A DNA stretch of 32,000 bases from Candidatus Omnitrophota bacterium (lineage in GTDB: Bacteria; Omnitrophota; Gorgyraeia; Zapsychrales; JANLHA01). A program made the translations under genes and the position numbers. Below are positions 25,889 through 32,000 of the stretch, in pieces (position 1 is the stretch's first letter; each line of letters opens with the position of its first letter). The notes beneath the pieces were generated by a model. It was not told the origin of the DNA, made no database searches, and saw nothing but the letters and a program-made list of their open reading frames with translations. The stretch is from assembly GCA_963662715.1 (NCBI GenBank), contig OY759724.1:210001-242000 (forward strand). The letters run 5' to 3'.

Positions 25889-26149
25889 CTATGATACCGT
25901 TCTGGCACCTTTTAGCACTTGGGGCGGCAATTTAGAAGGCGCCGGCACAATTTCAATCGTCCGGATATTGGCAATCGGGATAAAAACCAATTTGCGGTCC
26001 ACTTCTAAACGCATAATATTGTTATCTATGACATTATGAATTTGGTTGGCAACGGAAAGAGTGTCGTCTAGCGGGGCATCAAACTGGAAACTCATGGAAG
26101 ATCCGTCCATGAAATGGATAAAACAGGTTTCTTTTTTCGGCTCTGGCAT
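25889..26149 (-). CDS. hypothetical 86-aa protein
   Basis: ATG preceded by AAGGAG with a 5-nt spacer. Beta-rich composition, no family recognised. Lies 190 nt upstream of the GGDEF gene. Confidence 0.55.
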   Translation of the reverse strand: MPEPKKETCFIHFMDGSSMSFQFDAPLDDTLSVANQIHNVIDNNIMRLEVDRKLVFIPIANIRTIEIVPAPSKLPPQVLKGARTVS

Positions 26150-26240
26150 AAAATCTCCTTATCTGTCTTATTGAAGAATCACCCCTTTTATTTGTTATTA
26201 TTTATTCAGCCACGGCACGCTCTTTCCGGGCTGTGCTTTT

Positions 26241-26269
26241 ATTATACTCCCGGGAAGTCCTCTCTTGAA
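26241..26269 (-). promoter_or_regulatory. sigma70-type promoter TTCAAG-N17-TATAAT
   Basis: Minus strand TTCAAG (26269-26264), 17-nt spacer, TATAAT (26246-26241), about 90 nt upstream of the 86-aa ORF. Confidence 0.4.
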
Positions 26270-26336
26270 GAATTTTATTCTTCCTCAATATATTTCATAT
26301 GATAAGGGGCCGGAACCAAGCGAACCCGGCAACGGT

Positions 26337-28802
26337 TTATTGCAGTCCCTGCACCAGACAACGGTAGGAAAAAAGGGCCAGGATATAAATTCCTGCGGCC
26401 AATATCAATATGGCATTAAACCCCAGGAATTGAGCGATAAGAATCGCCAGCATCGAAGCAAAGACGCTGAACCCGCTATTAATCCCCCAGGCCCATGGGA
26501 TCGCTTCCTCCACCTTTCGCCCTATCAAATGCAGTCCCAGGGGGAAATACAGCCCCAGGAGAAAGCCCAGCGGCAGCAGGAAGACACCGACAATCCCCAC
26601 CCGCACCAAAAAGGCCAGACCAAGCGCCTGCTCAGTTAACGAGGGGCCGATAGTCATGAGAAAGACGAGATAGCCGACAAGCAGGGCTGTGGCCGTATAA
26701 ATCAGTTTCAAGTGGCTCTTAAAAATCTTCTCCAATACAGGCAACGCATAACTCCCGATACCCGCCGATATAAGCAACATGGCCAGGATAATGCTGATAG
26801 AATAAATCGGGCTGCCCAACAACAAAACGAACTTCTGCATCATGGGGATCTCAATAAACATAAATCCCCACCCCAGGCAGGCAAAGTAGGAAATAAACGG
26901 CAGGATGCTCGCGGAAGGCAGGGCCCGGATGTTGGTTCTTTTAAAAAGCCACAACGGCCATAAAATAAAGAGCAAAATAAAGACAAGGGCCTGAAGCAAC
27001 ACAATGATCTGCGTCATAAACATGATGGATCCCAAATGGTGATGGTGCGAAACTTTAAAAGGGTTGAACGAATTCAGTTTGTAATATTTATAAAAGAACG
27101 GGGCATCATCGGTCACAACAGAAATATCATAGGGATAGTTTTTTCGCCATTTGGCTAAACGGTCATTTTGAAAGTCCCGGGCATACTGGCTGAAATAATT
27201 GACGGGGTGTTTGTTGATTTTTGTCCAAATATCCCCGGGATAAACGGGGACCGTCCGGTGCTTCCTGAAATAATCAAAAACTTTTGCGGTTTCCGCCGCT
27301 GTGAAAGGGGTCTTCTTAATTAAGATAATCGACCACCAGGTCACATGATCCCCGATAATAATATGCTCCCAGGGCCTGGCGGCACCGGTTTCCTTTAAAG
27401 CGTCAAGGGCGATAGCATAGAGACGCAAGGTCTCCCGGGGCTGCTCCGGGAACAGCCAGCGGTTAAAATTAACGACGCCGTCGTCTTTAATAACGCGCAA
27501 ATAATCCAGGAGGGCATTCTTCGTATAAAGGTAACTTTCGGCATAGGCATACGCTCCGGAGGTTAACCCCGAAAACGTATCAACCCCGTTCAAAACAATC
27601 AAATCAAAAGAATCCGGGGGCAAATTCTTCACGAGATGACGGCCGTCCACGTTGAAAACTTTTGTCTGGTCCAGAGTATAAACGCCTCCCGAGTATTCAT
27701 ACATCCTTCCTCCGGGAGACAGGGCCTGCACAATGGCAGGATTAATTTCCGCACCAAGAATTGTCCCGGCTCCGTGACTCTTCGCCATGAAAATATCCCG
27801 CCCTCCGCCGGTGCCGATGATAACGACATCCGGACGATCAAAAAGCACATAGGGCACTTCCATGCCCTGGCTGAACAATCTGAGCTTTGACCGGTGTTCG
27901 GCCAGGCCTTCCGGAGAGAGGCGGTAAATAGGCGCGCCGGCCAAATAATTCGTTGTTATGTAGGAAAATTCCGGCCGGGGGATGACATTGATTTCAAAGG
28001 TGCCTATCGATGTTGAGGACAACAGTTCCTGAGCCTGCGGATCAACCATCCTGAAGATATCGGTCCGGCCCAAAGGATGCCATTGCGACAAAAGACGTTC
28101 GTACTGATGCGGCTTATAGGCTCCCGGGATCCATTCCCACCCTTTATTCTTGTCGATCGTATAATCGTCTGTTTCCGGGACCGTCATAAAAATAAAAGGG
28201 ATGGCCACCAGAAAAATGACAGCCAGTATGATTCTTTTCCTCGGGATCAGGGTCCAGAAAGCCAAAAATAGACACACCCAGCAGAGCAACAGCAGCGAAT
28301 GTGTCACCTGAAAGGAATTGATCAGGAAAAAAAACATGAAGGCCCCGGTCCCGGCCCCCAGCAGATCAAAAAAATACAATCTTGACGACCGCGTGGCGTG
28401 AAACGTAAACACATAAACGATGAGGAATCCTATCAGGGTAAAAGGAACGGCAAACAACGTGTAGGCCCATAACAAAACGGACATCGAAGAGAAACTCACC
28501 AATATCTGAGCAACGTCGTCCACGCAAATCGGAAGATATCCGATCCCCACAGTACAAATATAACCGTAGCAGGCCATCTTGATAAGAGCATAGCCGATAA
28601 CCTTATCCGGCTTAAGTCTGGAAAGATAATCTTTGAGGATAAAAACGATATTAGCCCCTATCCCGTAACCCAGGATAGCAAACGGGATGACAATATAGAC
28701 CACATGGTTCCAGGTCTTGAGGCTGAGAATCCTGGTTAGAAAAAGTTCCAGATTGATCGCGTAAAACGAGACAAAACAGATAATGAAATAGAGTTTAAAC
28801 AC
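26337..28802 (-). CDS. polytopic membrane protein with central spermidine-synthase-like (class I methyltransferase-fold) domain
   Basis: 821-aa ORF (GTG start) with about 7 TM helices, then VVIIGTGGGRDIFMAKSHGAGTILGAEINPAIV and FDLIVLNGVD...LRVIKDDGVVNF (SpeE-like nucleotide-binding and acidic-loop motifs), then a soluble region and about 6 more TM helices. Confidence 0.8.
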   Translation of the reverse strand: MFKLYFIICFVSFYAINLELFLTRILSLKTWNHVVYIVIPFAILGYGIGANIVFILKDYLSRLKPDKVIGYALIKMACYGYICTVGIGYLPICVDDVAQILVSFSSMSVLLWAYTLFAVPFTLIGFLIVYVFTFHATRSSRLYFFDLLGAGTGAFMFFFLINSFQVTHSLLLLCWVCLFLAFWTLIPRKRIILAVIFLVAIPFIFMTVPETDDYTIDKNKGWEWIPGAYKPHQYERLLSQWHPLGRTDIFRMVDPQAQELLSSTSIGTFEINVIPRPEFSYITTNYLAGAPIYRLSPEGLAEHRSKLRLFSQGMEVPYVLFDRPDVVIIGTGGGRDIFMAKSHGAGTILGAEINPAIVQALSPGGRMYEYSGGVYTLDQTKVFNVDGRHLVKNLPPDSFDLIVLNGVDTFSGLTSGAYAYAESYLYTKNALLDYLRVIKDDGVVNFNRWLFPEQPRETLRLYAIALDALKETGAARPWEHIIIGDHVTWWSIILIKKTPFTAAETAKVFDYFRKHRTVPVYPGDIWTKINKHPVNYFSQYARDFQNDRLAKWRKNYPYDISVVTDDAPFFYKYYKLNSFNPFKVSHHHHLGSIMFMTQIIVLLQALVFILLFILWPLWLFKRTNIRALPSASILPFISYFACLGWGFMFIEIPMMQKFVLLLGSPIYSISIILAMLLISAGIGSYALPVLEKIFKSHLKLIYTATALLVGYLVFLMTIGPSLTEQALGLAFLVRVGIVGVFLLPLGFLLGLYFPLGLHLIGRKVEEAIPWAWGINSGFSVFASMLAILIAQFLGFNAILILAAGIYILALFSYRCLVQGLQ

Positions 28803-28914
28803 GAATCCAGTCTCTTGTGGTGATGCATCCTGAACAAACGAATACGGCCCTGAGGAGAGCTTATTCTAATAAGGAGCTTGGCCGGCTTCGGCTTTTTGAT
28901 CTCGATTTTAATTC

Positions 28915-29523
28915 TTAATAAACCGCCTCATACCCTTCCGGGGCAAGGCTCCATTTTTCCTGATAAACATGAAGTTTTTTCGTTGCTTTATTATCCCTCA
29001 CCAACGGTTGCCCTTCATGAGCCCAAAGGAGAATACCGCCAATCAAATTGTAAGCCTTATATCCTTCTTTCATCAGTTTCTTTGTATATCGTCCGCTGCG
29101 GCTGCCGATGGTACAATAATTGATAATAACATAACCCAAGTACTTGTCTTTGTCTTGTTCAAAATCCTTTTGTGTTACGGCAAAAGGGATCTGGGAAACA
29201 TCCTGTTCCTTTTGAGTCCGGACATCCACTAAAATGGTTTTTTTATTCTTGAGGGATTTCAGGGCCTCTGCCACCGTAACTTCCTTGGCGTTTTGGAACT
29301 GCAACCTTTTGTAGCCGGCATACAAGTCGGCAATCTCGGCTCTGCGTATTTCGTTGGGTGTGCGGGTCTCCTCTTTTTCATAAAAATAATAGGGATATCC
29401 GGCGGCCGGGATCCCCAGCATGACCCACACAGATATCAAAAGGCATCGCAGCCAGAATAATTTAAAAGATGAAAAGGCTCCCCCCTGCTGCTGTTTTCCT
29501 GAAATATTTTTTTCCATGAACAT
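28915..29523 (-). CDS. membrane-anchored rhodanese-domain protein
   Basis: 202-aa ORF with an N-terminal hydrophobic helix (LFWLRCLLISVWVMLGIPAAG). The rhodanese fold carries the active-site loop YCTIGSRSG (Cys-x-x-G-x-R-S). Confidence 0.75.
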   Translation of the reverse strand: MFMEKNISGKQQQGGAFSSFKLFWLRCLLISVWVMLGIPAAGYPYYFYEKEETRTPNEIRRAEIADLYAGYKRLQFQNAKEVTVAEALKSLKNKKTILVDVRTQKEQDVSQIPFAVTQKDFEQDKDKYLGYVIINYCTIGSRSGRYTKKLMKEGYKAYNLIGGILLWAHEGQPLVRDNKATKKLHVYQEKWSLAPEGYEAVY

Positions 29524-29764
29524 TCTCCTTAAATTATACTCAAAAAAGCTTCGCGACCTTTAACGTTGCCCCTTAAATAAACGAAGAACCCTTGGAGTCA
29601 TTCAAAGCGCCAGAACTTTCTTAAGCATTTCCCAACCAGGCATTCTTCCCGGTAAGCCAGTATAAACTTTAGAAAAATTATACCAATAAAATGCCGATTT
29701 TAAAATAGACGCTATCAGACAAATACTCTTATCCTTTTACGGAAAAGGCTTTACATAAAATTTT

Positions 29765-30136
29765 TTAGTGGCAATGACGCTGCCGGCAGGCATTTTCCAC
29801 TGTCATTTCCGCTAATTGCCCCGCGAGCCACAATTCAGACACGTCCTTGACGGTCCTGTCCAAGGAGTCGACCTTATAGACCTTTATTCCTGCTTCATTA
29901 AACTTCTGAACCGCCCGCATCCCCATGCCGGCGCAGACAACCCCGTCAATTTTCTTGTCCTGCAACTGCCCCATAGGCTGGCACGTACCGTGCTCGTGGC
30001 CGGAATCTGAATTCTGCACAACCTCGGATAAACGGGTATCGGTATCATAAATCAGGAATAACGGTGCGCTCCCAAAATGGGCAAAAATCTTGGATTTTAA
30101 ATTTTCATTCTCTGTGACAGGGATAGCCATTCTCAT
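29765..30136 (-). CDS. NifB/NifX/NafY-like dinitrogenase FeMo-cofactor-biosynthesis-domain protein
   Basis: 123-aa ORF with HFGSAPLFLIYD and VVCAGMGMRAVQKFNEAGIKVY motifs typical of this small cofactor-binding domain. Starts 21 nt after the DUF134 stop. Confidence 0.8.
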   Translation of the reverse strand: MRMAIPVTENENLKSKIFAHFGSAPLFLIYDTDTRLSEVVQNSDSGHEHGTCQPMGQLQDKKIDGVVCAGMGMRAVQKFNEAGIKVYKVDSLDRTVKDVSELWLAGQLAEMTVENACRQRHCH

Positions 30137-30157
30137 AATATTCTTCTCTCCTTTGAA

Positions 30158-30469
30158 TCATGACATTCTGACATGCATGACGGTATCGTTATTCCTGGAT
30201 TTGATTCTTAGAGCCTTCCCGTTCAAAAGCGCATCAGCAATCTTCTTATGAGCTGTCTTAAGAATGTTGCCGAACGTCTGCCGGGAAATATCCATGCTTT
30301 TGGCCGCATCTTCCTGATAAAGCTCTCCCAGATCAGCAAGCCGTAAAGCTTCCAGTTCATCCATGGTCAGGCAGACTTCTTCCATCTGAGCCACAGGAAT
30401 GCCTCTTGGTTTGAAATAAGTGGCTCCCGGATGACAGCACACTTTTCTTGATTTAAACGGCCTGGTCAC
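30158..30469 (-). CDS. DUF134 (UPF0251) putative DNA-binding protein
   Basis: 103-aa ORF (GTG start) with RPFKSRKVCCHPGATYFKPRGIP...LTMDELEALRLADL...ISRQTFGNILKTAHKKIADALLNGKALRI, the canonical DUF134 pattern with a sigma-70 region-4-like HTH. Confidence 0.8.
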   Translation of the reverse strand: MTRPFKSRKVCCHPGATYFKPRGIPVAQMEEVCLTMDELEALRLADLGELYQEDAAKSMDISRQTFGNILKTAHKKIADALLNGKALRIKSRNNDTVMHVRMS

Positions 30470-30481
30470 TCACGCCCTCTG

Positions 30482-30526
30482 TTATTAGCATATGCCAATA
30501 ATATCCCATTTAACGCACTCTGTCAA
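30482..30526 (-). promoter_or_regulatory. sigma70-type promoter TTGACA-N17-TATTAT with overlapping 20-bp palindromic operator
   Basis: Minus strand TTGACA (30526-30521), 17-nt spacer, TATTAT (30503-30498). The near-perfect palindrome TTATTAGCATATGCCAATAA (30482-30501, 9 of 10 arm positions pair) overlaps the -10 and the predicted start site. Confidence 0.55.
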
Positions 30527-30568
30527 CAGAAGGCCCAACATCCCTGAAGAACGGGATCAAAAAAGAAT

Positions 30569-31210
30569 TTAATCTTTCTGCCGGGAAGGCCCCTGCAGCT
30601 TCTTTTTCAAACTCTCAAGACGCAGCTGCTGTGCCGGCTTCAATCGGCGGCTCTGCAGCATAAAATCAATCATAACCAACTGATACTCCTTATCAATAAC
30701 ATGATAGTCCTGCTCAACGAGCAGAGATATAATGCTGTCAATATCCTCCCCGCGTCTTTTCGGGATTCCTAATAATGGCGGCAGATGATGAAAAGAAGAG
30801 AACCTCAGGAAGAAAACTTCCAGGTCGACCTCCGGTTTTTGGACAGCCTTATCAAGATATTTCAGGCAGTCTGTCAATCCGGCAAGTTTCTTCTGCGGAT
30901 TAAAAGCGAATTTAGCCTGCAGCCCCCGCAATGTTCCGTAATAAGCCAGAACAATAGCCGGGTATTCTTCCGGCTCCCCCGGGAATCTTTTCTGAATATA
31001 CGCCATCAATTCATCCGTCATCATTGAATTCTCTAAGGCTTGCGAGAGTTGTTCTTTTAAATAAAGCCGCGCTTCCCGGATATCGGCGGACACGGCCCCT
31101 TCCTGCCGGGGAAGCTGTCGGGGGCTGACCGTAGCCGCTGAAGACCTCACGACAAGCAAACTCAATATCCCGATCAACCATACCTTGATCTGCCCGTCAT
31201 ATCTTTTCAT
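30569..31210 (-). CDS. hypothetical secreted helical protein
   Basis: 213-aa ORF with an N-terminal signal-like helix (VWLIGILSLLVVRSSAA). The rest is predicted helical. No family recognised. Confidence 0.55.
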   Translation of the reverse strand: MKRYDGQIKVWLIGILSLLVVRSSAATVSPRQLPRQEGAVSADIREARLYLKEQLSQALENSMMTDELMAYIQKRFPGEPEEYPAIVLAYYGTLRGLQAKFAFNPQKKLAGLTDCLKYLDKAVQKPEVDLEVFFLRFSSFHHLPPLLGIPKRRGEDIDSIISLLVEQDYHVIDKEYQLVMIDFMLQSRRLKPAQQLRLESLKKKLQGPSRQKD

Positions 31211-31259
31211 AAATGTCCGGTGTCTTCCCTAAAAAACATATATTACGGGCCGGCATGTT

Positions 31260-31349
31260 CAAAACTGAGCCCGACAAAAAATCCCGGCTCAGGGCCCATC
31301 TTCCTCTGTTTTGCAAAACGCCGCAACTTTGCTCAAAAGTTACGGCGTT
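31260..31349 (-). terminator. two tandem hairpins downstream of the 139-aa membrane gene; the second is terminator-like
   Basis: Hairpin A: 13-nt arms at 31317-31329 / 31337-31349, 12 of 13 paired, 7-nt loop. Hairpin B: CTGAGCC 31265-31271 / GGCTCAG 31286-31292, followed on the minus strand by TTTT. Confidence 0.45.
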
Positions 31350-31384
31350 AAAATATCAAATTCCTTCGGCATTCCGGCTGTCAG

Positions 31385-31804
31385 CTATGATGATTCTCCT
31401 TTCGGACGCAGAAGAAACAAAACCAAAGCGACGATGAAAACAAAGATACCGTTCTGCCATATCCTGGCATAAGGGACATTGAAGGCCTGATGAATAGCAG
31501 GAGCAAAGGCGAATCTCTGCAGACTACGCAATAAAAGCCACAGGATATTTCCGTAGATAATCACCTTGTATTTAACCGGGTCTTTATACGCAAAATACGC
31601 CATAAAGGCAATCGCCATAAGGTAACACCCCATCATCTGCAGGATATAATATGTCTGGGGGCTGGCCTGGGTCAGCGTTGCCCCATACAAAGCAGCCCCG
31701 ACTTTCACCGCCAAAGGGCCGGAAATAAAGCAGATGAGGCCTAAGGCCATATTAACAACAAAGACCCATCCCAACATGAACCGAAGGACAAGATGTTGTT
31801 TCAT
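31385..31804 (-). CDS. hypothetical 4-TM membrane protein
   Basis: 139-aa ORF with four hydrophobic helices. AAAGGAGGGG ends 3 nt upstream of the ATG. No family recognised. Confidence 0.6.
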   Translation of the reverse strand: MKQHLVLRFMLGWVFVVNMALGLICFISGPLAVKVGAALYGATLTQASPQTYYILQMMGCYLMAIAFMAYFAYKDPVKYKVIIYGNILWLLLRSLQRFAFAPAIHQAFNVPYARIWQNGIFVFIVALVLFLLRPKGESS

Positions 31805-31864
31805 GATCCCCTCCTTTTTAATAGGGCATTTTGATAGATATACACTTATTATGACCTAAAAAAT

Positions 31865-32000
31865 ATTATTTTAAATAAAAACCCGAAAATTCTCTGACAA
31901 GATCTTCAAAAGGCACTAAAGCGGCTGTTTTAATGTCTCCTAATTTCTGACCTTGCCCCTGACAAAAACGCAGATATTTCTCCTGAATACGTTCTTCCGG
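31865..32000 (-). CDS. 3-prime end of an ORF truncated by the window edge
   Basis: Open minus-strand frame from the edge to TAA at 31865-31867 (...GEKYLRFCQGQGQKLGDIKTAALVPFEDLVREFSGFYLK*). Too short to identify. Confidence 0.25.

Noticed and set aside
28885-28905. Plus-strand hairpin AGCCG-GCTT-CGGCT followed by TTTTT, which looks like a plus-strand intrinsic terminator.
   Set aside because: The stem is only 5 bp and there is no plus-strand gene to terminate. On the minus strand it lacks a U-tract.
1-32000. Search by eye for CRISPR arrays, tRNA/rRNA/tmRNA/RNase P/SRP RNA signatures, transposase, integrase or phage genes, and long inverted or direct repeats.
   Set aside because: None recognised. 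The only repeats are the 12-nt triple repeat at 2968-3004 and the 10-nt duplicate at 16851-16874. A covariance-model and repeat-finder run would be needed to exclude small RNAs formally.

Overview
All of the roughly 30 confidently called CDS in this 32-kb window lie on the minus strand. In transcription order (high to low coordinates) the window holds: a partial ORF and two small membrane or secreted hypotheticals; a DUF134 HTH protein paired with a NifX/NifB-like protein; a membrane-anchored rhodanese; an 821-aa polytopic spermidine-synthase-like protein; a small ORF plus a GGDEF diguanylate cyclase; and a tightly packed five-gene polyphosphate operon (ppx, ppk1, CHAD protein, metallophosphoesterase::Ppx-type-HD fusion, ROK kinase::Mth938-like fusion). 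These are followed by an ABC-2-type transporter module with orphan membrane and DUF3887-like partners; a self-contained DUF2934 mini-gene; phoB-phoR; a small ORF-porin-pstS-pstC-pstA-pstB-phoU operon; and a stand-alone receiver protein with a Ski2-like DExH helicase. I recognised no rRNA, tRNA, CRISPR array, transposase or integrase. Main hunt result: two promoters 16 kb apart, in front of the porin-pst operon and in front of ppx, share one architecture. Each has four TTCACA-like hexamers phased at exactly 11 bp, then 7 nt, then a TATAnn -10 element, which reads as a PhoB-type Pho box. This places the polyphosphate operon in the Pho regulon. Its last two genes are unusual domain fusions that I cannot match to a characterised enzyme, and they are the best candidates for new biology here. 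Function calls rest on motif recognition by eye; no database search was run.
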